DNA of 64,000 bases from Candidatus Magasanikbacteria bacterium RIFCSPHIGHO2_01_FULL_33_34 (GCA_001782825.1 MFPS01000009.1:31770-95769), one strand, 5' to 3'; positions 48,801 to 59,955 are shown, numbered from the stretch's first letter. A program made the numbers and translations. The notes: a model not told the origin generated them from the letters alone.

Positions 48801-51800
48801 GGATTGAATTGGTGTCTGTAGCATAATTGGTAATTGTTGCTGGTGTTGTAGTAGCCACTACTTTAAATGATGGAGTGCCCAAAGCTGGATCTGTAACATC
48901 GAGCGCAAAAGCTGCTGAAGTTGATGTAACCAAATTATTGGCAGCCTCACCATCATTTATAGTTACCCTTATCATAGCTTGTGATACATCTTGTCCATCA
49001 ATGACTTGTCTGGCATCCCAAAGCACAGTAGATGTAGACCAAGTAGTTTCTTGCAAAGCTCTAGTTGAAGTAGCTGATGACCCACTCTCTGTAATATGTC
49101 CAGTTATATTTGACCAACTTGAACCATTGTTCAGTGAATATTCAAAGGATGGTGTTACTAGCCCATCTGTATCTGTAGTAGCGTCTGAATCCAATACTGA
49201 ATATATTATCCGTACAGATCCATTTGAAATCTGACTTGCTGACACCCCAGAACCAGAAAATTGTGGTGCTTCATTTACTACATATGTAACAGTCACATCC
49301 GAAAGAGTTGGTGTCTGTCCACCATCTGAACTAGAAATATATACTTTGTATTGTATCCATTGATCATCAGTTCCATCAGTATGACTACTATTTATGGTTT
49401 CACCACCAGCAGAATTTGTATAATAGTCACTACCATTAGTTGGCCCCAACCAAGATGTCCATGTCCCTGGTGAACCAGATGAATCTGGAGCCGTCCTTAT
49501 TTGAAACTTAATATCCGTACCAGTTGGCAAATTTTCTGTCCAAGCAATACTTGAAAGAATATTAGCAACATCACTTGTGTCAAAAGGGCTTGATGTCAAT
49601 GTCTGTTCTGTATTGGTATATCTAGTGTAATTTATTGTTACATCTTGAAGTTCTGGGGTAACACTGGTATCTGATGTTGCAAGAGCTGTTTGATATTGAA
49701 TATATCTTTCACCATCTGTCACACAATTGTTGGATGATATATCATCTCCGGTATTGTTTACAACATTACAAGATGCCCAAGCAGTAGCATCTGACATATC
49801 GGCTTTTTGACCTGTCCTTACTTTCATAGTCAAAGTTGTATTTGCAAGAGTGCTAGTTGTCCATGTCATTGTTCCAAATACAGTTGAACTCACTGTATCT
49901 ATTATATTTGAAGTAAAAGTACCAGATGAAACATAAGCTACACCTAAATTTAGGGTACCAGAACCACCTACGCCACTTACGGCAACTGGAGTACTCTGTG
50001 GATCAATAGAACCATTTCCTCCTTGGTACAAACTATTCCATCCCCAACAATAAACATCATCACCTGAATCAAGTGCACAAACAAACTCTTGACCGGCACT
50101 AATATTTACTATATTTGATAAATTACCAGAACCACCAACACCAACAACTTGAACCGGAGTGGTTGTAACCGTACCATCTGTTCCATCCCCTCTCTCTCCT
50201 CTAAAATTATTTCCACCCCAACAATATACACTACCGCTGGTATTTACTGCGCACATAACACCACCAGCACCACCAGTAACATCTATAACATTGGTTAAAT
50301 TACCGACACCATTTACACCTAATACTTGAACCGGCACAGACCTGTTAGTTGTAGTTTGATCACCAACTGAACCTGAAGAATTTTCACCCCAACAATATAA
50401 GTCATTACTTGTATCAATCGCACAAGTAGTTGAATCTCCAGTTGAACCACTGGAAACATTGGCAAAAAAACCAACCGCGCCAACACCAACCACTTGAACT
50501 GGAGTGGTATATTGATCTGTTGCATTATTTCCAAGTCTTCCAGCAGCACCGACTCCCCAACAATACATACTATTACCAGTATCAGCTGCACACACATGAT
50601 TTGCACCATCCATAACTGTGTCTATATTTGTCAAATTTCCAGAACCACCAACACCAACAACTTGAGTTGGCACAGGTACAGCACTGAATGTATCTGCTCC
50701 AGATTGAACACCTTGACCCCAACAATATAAATTGTTACTTGAATCCATTGCACAAAATCCATCAATATGACCAGATATGCCTGTTATATTGGACAAAAAA
50801 CCGCTGCCACCAACACCCAAAACTTGAACTGGAGTACTACTATCGGTGGGATTATTATCATTACCTAACTCTCCAGAACCATTATCTCCCCAACAATAAA
50901 CATTATTACTGGTATTTAATGCACAATAACCTTCGCCACCATGCCCTGCTATTTTTGTAATATTACTCAAAACACCACTACCACCGACACCCAAAACTTG
51001 AACTGGAGCTGAACTTGTACCTCCGGCAGTACCTTGTCCTAATTGTCCATCAGCATTTGATCCCCAACAAAAGACTGTACCATCTTCTTTCAAAGCACAA
51101 ACACTGCCAGAACCATTCTTAATATCAGCGGTAGCGATTGTACTACCAGTACTCAAAATCACACCATTACCAGTTACCGAAGCAGTGCTAGTAGTGCCCC
51201 GATTAAAATGAGCCGTTGTTGTATGTAAAGTAGAAGAAGCTTCAGTGGCTAAAGTTAATTCAGACCCAGTAGTTGTAGTTATATTAGTTGGATATATATC
51301 CCAATAATTTGTCCAACCGGTTCTGTCAGTCGTATGGGATGCATTGCTAGTTGAACTAGCTGTCCAACCAGTTTGTACCCAAGTAAATGTAGCGGCCTCT
51401 ACCACACCAATGTCCTTTTGAAAATAAAATATACCACCTTGTACTAATACATATGTAAAAACAAGCCAAGACATCATCGCCATACGAAGCGGACGAAATT
51501 CTTGTTTTGTGGCTATTAATTTTATATTCGTCCAAATATTTGGGCTACCTTTTAGAAATGATGGGGTTAATATTTTGATTAACCAAATTGGAAATAAAAA
51601 TATATTTTTTATATAATTCCATACTATTTGGCGAGTCAGATAATTCAATTGTCTTCTATATTCTTTTTTATTTAACTCATTATGAGCATATTCATCTATC
51701 AACAATTTTCTAGAATTCAAAAAACCATTTATCAAAAAATAATGATAAAGATTATTTTTTACACTATCATTTATTTCCTGCTCATTTAAATCTTTTTTAT

Positions 51801-51813
51801 GATATCCTGCCAT
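45862..51813 (-). CDS. Giant (1983 aa) cell-surface protein: N-terminal cytoplasmic segment + single TM, RCC1/BLIP-II-like beta-propeller repeats, then many fibronectin-type-III-like domains with an acidic coiled linker
   Basis: TM LRMAMMSWLVFTYVLVQGGIFYF. About 8 repeats of the CAxxxxGxVYCWGxNxxGxLG type. More than 8 Fn3-like modules (TTAPTITN..ITWTTDE..TTYYYQ). EEIDELEKLEEEILEEE linker. Confidence 0.8.
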   Translation of the reverse strand: MAGYHKKDLNEQEINDSVKNNLYHYFLINGFLNSRKLLIDEYAHNELNKKEYRRQLNYLTRQIVWNYIKNIFLFPIWLIKILTPSFLKGSPNIWTNIKLIATKQEFRPLRMAMMSWLVFTYVLVQGGIFYFQKDIGVVEAATFTWVQTGWTASSTSNASHTTDRTGWTNYWDIYPTNITTTTGSELTLATEASSTLHTTTAHFNRGTTSTASVTGNGVILSTGSTIATADIKNGSGSVCALKEDGTVFCWGSNADGQLGQGTAGGTSSAPVQVLGVGGSGVLSNITKIAGHGGEGYCALNTSNNVYCWGDNGSGELGNDNNPTDSSTPVQVLGVGGSGFLSNITGISGHIDGFCAMDSSNNLYCWGQGVQSGADTFSAVPVPTQVVGVGGSGNLTNIDTVMDGANHVCAADTGNSMYCWGVGAAGRLGNNATDQYTTPVQVVGVGAVGFFANVSSGSTGDSTTCAIDTSNDLYCWGENSSGSVGDQTTTNRSVPVQVLGVNGVGNLTNVIDVTGGAGGVMCAVNTSGSVYCWGGNNFRGERGDGTDGTVTTTPVQVVGVGGSGNLSNIVNISAGQEFVCALDSGDDVYCWGWNSLYQGGNGSIDPQSTPVAVSGVGGSGTLNLGVAYVSSGTFTSNIIDTVSSTVFGTMTWTTSTLANTTLTMKVRTGQKADMSDATAWASCNVVNNTGDDISSNNCVTDGERYIQYQTALATSDTSVTPELQDVTINYTRYTNTEQTLTSSPFDTSDVANILSSIAWTENLPTGTDIKFQIRTAPDSSGSPGTWTSWLGPTNGSDYYTNSAGGETINSSHTDGTDDQWIQYKVYISSSDGGQTPTLSDVTVTYVVNEAPQFSGSGVSASQISNGSVRIIYSVLDSDATTDTDGLVTPSFEYSLNNGSSWSNITGHITESGSSATSTRALQETTWSTSTVLWDARQVIDGQDVSQAMIRVTINDGEAANNLVTSTSAAFALDVTDPALGTPSFKVVATTTPATITNYATDTNSIQMISGLSSDVSDGTWESYAVTDTITLATDPDTVYVQFRDAFSNTTTIQSATTPETPTNMVIKDISNASSGNYKEFIIWETVAAPSPGFSRYDIYRSTDGSTYTFLSSEASRTTNYYLDQTVSQNTTYYYKVATVDSDGNTSAFSSVVSDNADGQGGTDTTAPTITNRAESNITTQGFTITWDTDEVASSSVAYSANAFGGSFSTTTVDTMVKADGGSLGGHSVSVIGLSPNTTYYYQLASSDPNGNISYESNSGAGYSITTLDGPSISSVAVDSVDNNQATIVWTTNVSADSQVYYSTNSSLSSPSNVEDTTATTNHSITLTGLIQGTTYYFYVESGVANDKNSGNYYSFITTNDTTVPTISSVSASPVADTTAVITWTTNEGATTQLLYGTTSGSLDTYSTLTTGLNLSHTVSLTGLTEDTTYYYTVSSVDGSGNATTSSQSSFVTSEELSTATEVAAEVAAAEAVAEAAGVASVPSGGGGFPYTPPSDKIAPTITNIRVSDIATKSVKIEWDTNEAGDSILQYGKLAEDLNVALVDISSTKTNHSLVIGDLSPSTQYTFKVSTADISGNRTISTNQSFTTLSGLEEIDELEKLEEEILEEEGTPESIFKSLIDKTAEIIRRMSGEVSIETLESGLATQYTTIKELGALVPLPLIGGRPVVEVGSSYARVYWTTDKPANSLVAFAPESTYVNNGEYSQVVGDATEQVENHDILISELRPNTTYHYQVRSKTPVSDTARSGDLTFTTKDEQAEIITYKVDLVSDSEAVFNWTTNIPTDSVVTYIPYGQDGILQIDSVKSVSDKAVSILHGVTVSDMEAGITYQVELSGKDLNGNILSKIISTFSTSETDSSPIIVQVQTDAALLPGDESAVQAIVSWTTNEPSTSQVFYQKGFGRTDDKVEFSKKTPLQPNYTKRHILVITDFEPGTVYQFQVESIDSSGNVTRSRTYTLLTPRQKESVFQVIMSNLEDTFGWVGQLGL

Positions 51814-52012
51814 ATATTCTTTGTGACTATTATTCCATCCTATTTTTTATCTATATTTTTTAGTCACAAGTTATAATTAAAAAATACCAAAAATATTTTA
51901 CAAAATAATATTTTAAGATAAATTAATTATACCATATTTTTTATTTTTTGGGTATTTTTCTGTGTAAAATAAAACTCCCCACTTAGATAATGGGAAGTTT
52001 TATTTTCTTTTA

Positions 52013-55000
52013 TTATTCTTCTTTATTTTTTTTCAGATTACTTAATGCAATTTTTTCTTCACCAACTCCAGTTCCGACTGGAATTAATCTTCCTATAATC
52101 ACATTTTCTTTGAGACCTTCAAGATAATCAACTTTTCCATTAATTGCAGCATTGATTAATACTCTGGCTGTCTCTTGGAATGATGCAGCTGACAAGAAAC
52201 TTTGAGTTGAAAGTGATACCTTACTAATACCCAAGAATAATTCACGAGCTTCTGATCTACTAGCCGAATCTTTTCTAAATTGTTGATTGGCTACCAACCA
52301 TTGCGCTTTTTCAACTGTTTCGCCTGGTAATAAATCTGTCTCACCTGGATCTTCTATATATACTCTACTAAACATTTGCTTAATAATAATTTCCACATGT
52401 TTGTCATTCAATCTCTGTCCTTGTGAAGCATATATTTCTTGAATTTCAGTCAATACATATCTTTGTACTGCATCACGTCCTTTTAATTCATGTAATTCAT
52501 GCAAATCAATACTACCTTCAGTCAATTGATCACCCTTTTTAACCATATCACCATCTTTTACCCACAATTTGTACCCCATTGGGATAACATATTCTCTGAC
52601 ATGCTTTCCATCAAAACTCAAAATAATTTTATTCTTGTCAACCATTACAGTTCCGCCATGACTTGCTTTTATTTCTTCACCAGAGCTACCCTTTACAAAA
52701 AGTATCGTATCTTTTTTTACTTGTTGACCATCAGCCACTTTCAAATCATCTGATTTCAAAAATCTAATTACAACCTCATCACTACCTTCATATGTAAGTT
52801 TAATAATTTTTTGGCCACGTCTACCTTCAAATATTTTTCTACCAGTAGGACTAGTAATAACTTTGCCATCAGCATCTTCCACTTCAATCTTACCGTCATG
52901 TTCAGCCAGCACGGCTTTTCTTTTTGGATTGCGAGCTTCAAACAATTCTTCAACCCGTGGCAAACCTTGGGTAATATCTCCACCACCAGCTACACCACCC
53001 AAATGGAAAGTTCTCATAGTAAGCTGTGTACCTGGTTCACCAATAGATTGCGCAGCAATAATACCAACAGCAGTACCTTTCTTAACAACTTTATTATTAC
53101 TCAAATCAAACCCATAACATTTAACACAGACACCTTTTGGTAATTCACATTGCAATACTGAACGAACATGAATAGTCTCAATTCCAGCGGCATCAATCTG
53201 ACGTGCACCTTCTTCTGTCACCACTTCATCAGTCTTAATAATTGTCTTGTTTCCATCTTTAACATCAGCCAATACAAATCTACCAATAACTCGCTGAGAT
53301 AATTTTTGTCCCATTTGTTCAGATTGTTCACGAGTAAATACTTCACCATCGGTATCCCCACAATCATCTTCCAATACTACTACATCTTGGGCAACATCTA
53401 CCAAACGTCTAGTCAAATAACCAGCATTAGCCGTACGAAGCGCTGTATCAGACAATCCTTTACGAGTACCATGACTAGAAATAAAGAACTCCAATACATC
53501 AAATCCTTCTTTAAAGTTTCCTTTTACTGGCAACTCAATAATATCTCCTGATGGTGATGCAACCAAACCTTTCATTCCAATAACTTGTCCTAGCTGTCCC
53601 CAAGAACCACGAGCACCAGAATCAATCATAGCAAATACCGAACCATCCTTATCAACTCTTTCTTTATTGTGTGAAACAACTTTGTCTTTTATTCCTGTCC
53701 AAATTTCCATTACTTTTGAATGTCTTTCAGAATCAGTTAATAGTCCTTCTTGAAATTGTTGGTCAACCAATAAAATCTGCTCATCACCTATGGCAAGTAA
53801 ATCTTCTTTTTCTGGAATATTTGCAAAATCATCCATGCCCAATGAATAACCTGAGCTAGTAACATATTTGAAACCAAGTCTCTTCATATCGTCAAGCACA
53901 TAAGCAGTCTTTTCTTGACCATAAAGCTCAAGTAAAAATTGAATAATATTTCCTAAGTGTTTTTTTGTAATAGTTTCATTGTAATATGGGAGTTTGTCCG
54001 GCAAAATTTCATTAAAGAAAATTCTACCAATTGAAGTCTCAATAATTGGCCCTTCTCCTTCAGGAAATTTACTCAAATCATCAAAACGGACTTTGATTCT
54101 ATCTTTCAATGTAATCTTGCGAGTCTTGTATGCAAAAGTCGCTTCCCGAATATCTGAAAAAAATCTAGTAACTTCTTTTGTATCACTCTCTAAATATTTT
54201 GTTAAGTAATAACAACCAAGAGCAATATCTTGTTGTGGAGTAGTTACTGGAGAACCAGTCGCTGGTTTTAAAATATTTTTTTCAGAAGCCATCAAATTTT
54301 CTGCTTCCCAACGAGCTTCCTCTGTAAGCGGTACATGCACTGCCATTTGATCTCCATCAAAGTCCGCGTTAAAAGCTGCACAAACAAGCGGATGCAAACG
54401 AATCGCTTTACCTTCAACTAATAATGGATGAAAAGCTTGAATACCCAAACGATGCAAAGTTGGAGCACGATTTAAAAGTACACGAGTACCTTTAGTAATT
54501 TCTTCTAATATATCCCAAACTTCTGGCGCATTTGTCTCAATAAATCGTGATGCACTGCGTACATTGTAGGCATATTCACGCTTGATAATCTGACTCATTA
54601 CAAATGGCTTGAATAATTCCAAGGCCATTCTTTTTGGCAAACCACACTCATCAATATTCAAGTGAGGTCCAACCACAATTACTGAACGACCTGAATAGTC
54701 TACTCGTTTACCAAGAAGATTTTGACGGAAACGACCTTGCTTGCCTTTCAAGATATCAGCCAATGAACGAAGTTGTCTTTTTTGACCAGTAGAAGCAGTT
54801 ACAGTTTTTGAAGCACGAGCATTATTATCAATCAATGCGTCCACTGCTTCTTGCAACATTCTTTTTTCATTTCTACAAATTACCTCTGGTGCATTCAAGT
54901 CCAACAATCTCTTCAAACGATTATTTCTGTTGATTACTCTTCTGTACAAATCATTCAAATCAGACGTAGCAAATCTACCACCATCTAGCGCTACCATCGG

Positions 55001-55921
55001 ACGCAAATCTGGCGGAATTACTGGGATCGCATCCAATATCATCCACTCTGGTTTTATATTATTTTTGTGAAAACTCTTCAAAAGTTTTGCTCGTCTGATA
55101 AGTCTTTCACACTTTGCGCCTTTACTTTGTTTTATTTCATCAGTAATTGCTTCAATAGTTTTTTCTAGATTTATTTTTTCTAGCAAAGATCTTACTGCTT
55201 CAGCCCCAATACCAGCTTCAAACAAATGACCAAAACGAAGCGCCAACTCTTGATACTGATTCTCTGACAAAATTGTAAGCGGTTTTATATCTTTCAAATC
55301 ACTTTCAACTATTTTGAATTCTTCTTCCAAATTTTTATTCTTCTCATCTCTTTCTTTGCCGATTTTTTCCATTTCTTTAGTATTGCCATTAGCATTTTCA
55401 ATTTTATTTTTATATTCCTTTTCTATTTGCTTTTTCTTTGATTTAAACTCTTGCTTCAATGATTCATGAGTTTCAGTTTTTAATTCTTCATCAACTTTAT
55501 TTATAATAAATGAAGCAAAATAAATAACTTTTTCAAGTGCATGCATTGGCACATCTAATACCAAACCAATTTTTGAAGGTATAGAACGCAAAAACCAAAT
55601 ATGTGAAACTGAAGTTGATAATTCAATATGACCCATACGTTCACGACGCACCAGCGAATGAGTTACTTCTACTCCACACTTATCACACACAATTCCTTTG
55701 TATCTAATCTTTTTATATTTTCCACAATAACATTCCCAATCTTTGGTAGGCCCAAAAATTTCCTCAGCAAATAAACCACCTTTTTCCGGTTTTTGTGTTC
55801 TATAATTTATTGTTTCTGGTTTTGTTACTTGACCACTTGACCAACCACGAATAACTTCTGGTGAAGCTACTTGTAATGCGAGCGCATCGAAGTCTACTAA
55901 ATTTTGTGAATCACGAGACAT
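52013..55921 (-). CDS. rpoC: DNA-directed RNA polymerase subunit beta'
   Basis: Zn-finger CYCGKYKKIRYKGIVCDKCG, NADFDGDQM catalytic loop, 1302 aa. Confidence 0.97.
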   Translation of the reverse strand: MSRDSQNLVDFDALALQVASPEVIRGWSSGQVTKPETINYRTQKPEKGGLFAEEIFGPTKDWECYCGKYKKIRYKGIVCDKCGVEVTHSLVRRERMGHIELSTSVSHIWFLRSIPSKIGLVLDVPMHALEKVIYFASFIINKVDEELKTETHESLKQEFKSKKKQIEKEYKNKIENANGNTKEMEKIGKERDEKNKNLEEEFKIVESDLKDIKPLTILSENQYQELALRFGHLFEAGIGAEAVRSLLEKINLEKTIEAITDEIKQSKGAKCERLIRRAKLLKSFHKNNIKPEWMILDAIPVIPPDLRPMVALDGGRFATSDLNDLYRRVINRNNRLKRLLDLNAPEVICRNEKRMLQEAVDALIDNNARASKTVTASTGQKRQLRSLADILKGKQGRFRQNLLGKRVDYSGRSVIVVGPHLNIDECGLPKRMALELFKPFVMSQIIKREYAYNVRSASRFIETNAPEVWDILEEITKGTRVLLNRAPTLHRLGIQAFHPLLVEGKAIRLHPLVCAAFNADFDGDQMAVHVPLTEEARWEAENLMASEKNILKPATGSPVTTPQQDIALGCYYLTKYLESDTKEVTRFFSDIREATFAYKTRKITLKDRIKVRFDDLSKFPEGEGPIIETSIGRIFFNEILPDKLPYYNETITKKHLGNIIQFLLELYGQEKTAYVLDDMKRLGFKYVTSSGYSLGMDDFANIPEKEDLLAIGDEQILLVDQQFQEGLLTDSERHSKVMEIWTGIKDKVVSHNKERVDKDGSVFAMIDSGARGSWGQLGQVIGMKGLVASPSGDIIELPVKGNFKEGFDVLEFFISSHGTRKGLSDTALRTANAGYLTRRLVDVAQDVVVLEDDCGDTDGEVFTREQSEQMGQKLSQRVIGRFVLADVKDGNKTIIKTDEVVTEEGARQIDAAGIETIHVRSVLQCELPKGVCVKCYGFDLSNNKVVKKGTAVGIIAAQSIGEPGTQLTMRTFHLGGVAGGGDITQGLPRVEELFEARNPKRKAVLAEHDGKIEVEDADGKVITSPTGRKIFEGRRGQKIIKLTYEGSDEVVIRFLKSDDLKVADGQQVKKDTILFVKGSSGEEIKASHGGTVMVDKNKIILSFDGKHVREYVIPMGYKLWVKDGDMVKKGDQLTEGSIDLHELHELKGRDAVQRYVLTEIQEIYASQGQRLNDKHVEIIIKQMFSRVYIEDPGETDLLPGETVEKAQWLVANQQFRKDSASRSEARELFLGISKVSLSTQSFLSAASFQETARVLINAAINGKVDYLEGLKENVIIGRLIPVGTGVGEEKIALSNLKKNKEE

Positions 55922-55956
55922 ATATAATATAGTTATAGTTTATAGTTATGGATTAT

Positions 55957-58900
55957 TTATTCTTCTATTCTACCTTCTACTGCATCTCTTTCATCTTTTT
56001 CTTTTTGTTTTTCAGCTCTCAATTCTTCTGTTGAAACATAATTTCCATTATCTACTTTTGATAACAATTTAACATCCAAACACAATCCTTTAAGCTCACG
56101 AACTAATACATTAAATGATTCTGGCAAATTAACTTTGGTAATTCTTTCACCTTTAATAATTGCTTCATAAGCTTTACTACGTCCTGGAACATCATCTGAT
56201 TTGATAGTCAAAATTTCTTGCAAAGTATGAGCTGCGCCATAAGCTTCCAATGCCCAAACTTCCATCTCTCCAAATCTCTGTCCACCAAATTGAGCTTTAC
56301 CACCAAGAGGTTGTTGGGTAATCAAACTATATGAACCAATTGATCTTTGGTGAATTTTATCTTCAACCATGTGATTTAACTTCAACATGTAGTTATAACC
56401 AACCGTTGTTTTGTGAGCAAAAGATTCACCAGTTCTACCATCATATAATTGGACTTTACCATCAGTTGGCATACCCGCTTTTTTTAACTCTTCTTTGATT
56501 TGACTTTCTGTAATTCCATTCAAAGCTGGTGTAGCTACTTTGTATCCAAGAGCATTAGCTGCCAATCCCAAATGAGTTTCAAGTAACTGCCCCAAATTCA
56601 TACGAGAAACAACTCCTAATGGAGAAAGAATAATATCTACCGGTGTTCCATCTTCCAAAAATGGCATATCTTCTACCGGCACTACTCTAGAAATTACACC
56701 TTTGTTTCCATGACGACCAGCCATCTTGTCACCAACTTGAATTTTACGAAGATCAGCTACTGTAACTTGGACTTGTTTCATCACACCCGGTTGCAATTTG
56801 TCACCACTCTCAGTTGTAAATACTTCAATATTTATTACTTTACCTTGTTCACCATGTTCCAAATAAAGTGATGAATCACGAACATCTCTTGCTTTCTCAC
56901 CAAAGATTGCTCGAAGTAATCTTTCTTCAGAAGTAAGTTCTGTTTCACCTTTTGGAGTAATCTTACCGACAAGAATATCACCTGAGTGAACTTCAGCTCC
57001 AACTCGGACTACTCCTTCTGAATCAAGGTTCTTTAATTTTTCTTCGGATACATTTGGAATATCTGAAGTAACTACTTCAGAACCAAGTTTTGTTTCACGA
57101 ACATCGGTTGCATAATCTTCAATATGGACTGAAGTATAATTATCATTTTGTACCAATCTTTCAGAAACAATAATAGCATCTTCGTAGTTATATCCATCCC
57201 ATACCATATAAGCAACCAATACATTCTGACCCAATGCTAATTCACCATTTTGAATAGATGGTCCATCACACAATACATCGCCTTTTTTAACACTGTCATC
57301 CAACTTTACAAGCGGTCTTTGATTGATTGAACTTGATGCATTTGAACGAATAAACTTATTCATTCTATATACATCAGTTTTTCCATGAGAAGTTATTTCA
57401 ATTTTATTGCCATCAACTGCGGTTACTTTACCATCTCTCTTTGCCAAAATTGCATGCCCACTATTTTGTGCAGCCTTGCCTTCAATACCAGTACCCACAA
57501 TCGGTGAATCTGGATTAATACAAGGTACAGCCTGTCTTTGCATGTTTGTTCCCATCAATGCGCGAGTAGCATCATCATGTTCCAAAAAAGGAATCAAGCT
57601 TGTAGCTACACTCAAAATCTGATTGGAAGCAATATCCAAATAATCAATCTTATCAACTTCAACAATAGTCGGCTGACCACCAACACGAGCTGGAACTCTC
57701 ACTCCAGAAAGAATTGCATTTTCATTCATTGGGGTAGTTGCACTAGCTGTAACAACTCTTTCTTCCTCAAATGAATTAAGATAAACAATCTCATTAGTTG
57801 CGCGTGCTTTAACAGCAATAGTTTTTAAATCTTTTTTAGCTTCAAGTTTTTTAGCAATTTCTGCGGTGATTTTTTCACCCACTTTTACAATTCCACTTAC
57901 ATCTACTCTTGCGATTTCATCTTTTGAAAATCTAGCTTCATTTGGCACATCATGAATAACTTTTCTATAAGGTGTTTCTACAAAACCAAAACTATTAACT
58001 TTTGCAAAAGTCGACAAATGACCCACAAGACCAATATTTGGTCCTTCAGGTGTAGCAATTGGACAAATTCTTCCATAGTGAGTAGTGTGTACATCACGTA
58101 CTTCAAACCCTGCTCTGTCTCGTGATAAACCACCAGGTCCAAGGGCACTAATACGTCTTTTGTGTTCAAGTTCAGCCAATGGATTGATCTGATCCATGAA
58201 TTGTGACAATTGTGAGCTCATAAAGAATTCACGAACCGCCCCAATCACCGGTCTTGCATTGATAAGTTTATTTGGATTTAAACTCTCAATATCATAAGTA
58301 CTCATTCTATCTTTTACAATACGCTCCATACGAGCCATACCTACACGAAATCTATTTTGAACCAATTCACCAACAGAACGAACACGACGATTTCCTAAAT
58401 GATCAATATCATCTGGTTCATCTTGACTCACATTCAAACGAACCACTTCTTTCAAAACATTTACTAATTTTTCTGGTGACAATACTCTTTGTTCTTTTGA
58501 GTCAAAACCTTTTTCATCCAAACCAAGTTTAAATTTTGTATTAAATTTATATACACCAACTTTTCCCAAATCATAACGTTCAAAATTGAAGAACATCGCA
58601 TGAATCAATCCGCGTGCATTATCTGCTGTAGCCAAATCACCTGGTCGAATTCTTTTGTATACTTCAATCAAACCATCATCTTCATTGGTAGCGATATCTT
58701 TTTCTAATGTATTTTCAATATATTTTATATTTGGATGAATATCAACATCTACAAATGCTTTTAGTATTTCTTCATCCGTACTCATACCAAATGCCCGCAA
58801 AAGAGAAGTGGCGGCTACTTTTCTTTTTCTATCAACTTTAATCCAAATTACATTATTTTGATCAGTTTCAACTTCAATCCATGCCCCACGATTTGGGATA

Positions 58901-59385
58901 ATTTTACTACCATAATATCTTCTACCACGAACTGACTCTGCAGTAAAAAACGCACCTGGACTACGAATAAGCTGAGAAACAACTACACGCTCAATTCCAT
59001 TTACCACAAAAGTACCACGATCAGTCATTACCGGAATATCTCCCAAATAAATTTCTTGCTTGTCTTCTTTTTTGGTACGCTTGTTAACCAATCTAGCCAC
59101 TACACGCAATGGCGCTTCAAAAGTAATATTTTTTTCTCTACAAGTTACTTCATCAAACTTTGGGTCATCTATAAAATAATCTTCAAAATATAATTCCAAA
59201 TCTCTACCTGTAAAATCTGTTATAGGAGAAACTTCTTCAAATAACTCTTTCATACCTCCATCAAAAAACCATTTGTATGATTCTTTTTGTGCCTCAATTA
59301 AATCAGGCAAAGGGATTCTATCACGTATATCTGTAAAAAACTTTCGTTCAAGACTCTTGGTTGGTTGACGTTTGAATGCCGGCAT
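55957..59385 (-). CDS. rpoB: DNA-directed RNA polymerase subunit beta
   Basis: Characteristic rifampicin-cluster and C-terminal catalytic blocks, 1142 aa. Immediately upstream of rpoC. Confidence 0.97.
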   Translation of the reverse strand: MPAFKRQPTKSLERKFFTDIRDRIPLPDLIEAQKESYKWFFDGGMKELFEEVSPITDFTGRDLELYFEDYFIDDPKFDEVTCREKNITFEAPLRVVARLVNKRTKKEDKQEIYLGDIPVMTDRGTFVVNGIERVVVSQLIRSPGAFFTAESVRGRRYYGSKIIPNRGAWIEVETDQNNVIWIKVDRKRKVAATSLLRAFGMSTDEEILKAFVDVDIHPNIKYIENTLEKDIATNEDDGLIEVYKRIRPGDLATADNARGLIHAMFFNFERYDLGKVGVYKFNTKFKLGLDEKGFDSKEQRVLSPEKLVNVLKEVVRLNVSQDEPDDIDHLGNRRVRSVGELVQNRFRVGMARMERIVKDRMSTYDIESLNPNKLINARPVIGAVREFFMSSQLSQFMDQINPLAELEHKRRISALGPGGLSRDRAGFEVRDVHTTHYGRICPIATPEGPNIGLVGHLSTFAKVNSFGFVETPYRKVIHDVPNEARFSKDEIARVDVSGIVKVGEKITAEIAKKLEAKKDLKTIAVKARATNEIVYLNSFEEERVVTASATTPMNENAILSGVRVPARVGGQPTIVEVDKIDYLDIASNQILSVATSLIPFLEHDDATRALMGTNMQRQAVPCINPDSPIVGTGIEGKAAQNSGHAILAKRDGKVTAVDGNKIEITSHGKTDVYRMNKFIRSNASSSINQRPLVKLDDSVKKGDVLCDGPSIQNGELALGQNVLVAYMVWDGYNYEDAIIVSERLVQNDNYTSVHIEDYATDVRETKLGSEVVTSDIPNVSEEKLKNLDSEGVVRVGAEVHSGDILVGKITPKGETELTSEERLLRAIFGEKARDVRDSSLYLEHGEQGKVINIEVFTTESGDKLQPGVMKQVQVTVADLRKIQVGDKMAGRHGNKGVISRVVPVEDMPFLEDGTPVDIILSPLGVVSRMNLGQLLETHLGLAANALGYKVATPALNGITESQIKEELKKAGMPTDGKVQLYDGRTGESFAHKTTVGYNYMLKLNHMVEDKIHQRSIGSYSLITQQPLGGKAQFGGQRFGEMEVWALEAYGAAHTLQEILTIKSDDVPGRSKAYEAIIKGERITKVNLPESFNVLVRELKGLCLDVKLLSKVDNGNYVSTEELRAEKQKEKDERDAVEGRIEE

Positions 59386-59955
59386 AAATTAATTAATTAT
59401 ATTATTTATTTTAAAATTATTTAAATTTAACTGAGATAACAAAAAAATCGACTTTTACAAAAAGCCGTGCAACGTTAATTCATTTTTAGGTAATTCGCGT
59501 ATGGCATGGGTTTTGACAATCCCGCACTTGCAGGTCCACCTAGTCCCAAGTATGGAAACTGGCAGTTTTGACTTATGACCATGTCTTTCTTCTCTCCGTG
59601 TATAGACACGACTGCCGAAGTGAGGAGCAGATTATTAGACAAGGACGCGTTTTATATATGAACTGACAAGTAAGTATAATAACTAAACTTAACTAAATTT
59701 TATACTCAATTGACTATTCATATTCCAATGTTCATAAGCATACAAGATTTTAATTGTATTGTCAAATAGAACATAACAGATTTATTATGTCAAGAAACAA
59801 TCTTTTTTGGCTAATTTTAGGTAATTTTAAACAAATATTAGAATTATAAGTATAAAAACTTATCCACACATACATATTAAATGAAAAAACTCTAATAATT
59901 GACTAATCAATACCAATAATATATGCTTGGACTCAACACTAACAAGGTGGTCAAT

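Noticed and set aside
59440-59700. Moderately GC-rich stretch upstream of rpoB, examined for a hidden tRNA/tmRNA or leader RNA.
   Set aside because: No cloverleaf could be built (GGGTTTTGACAATCCC does not form a 5-bp T-stem). Most likely just the rpoB promoter/leader region. Not enough to call a feature.
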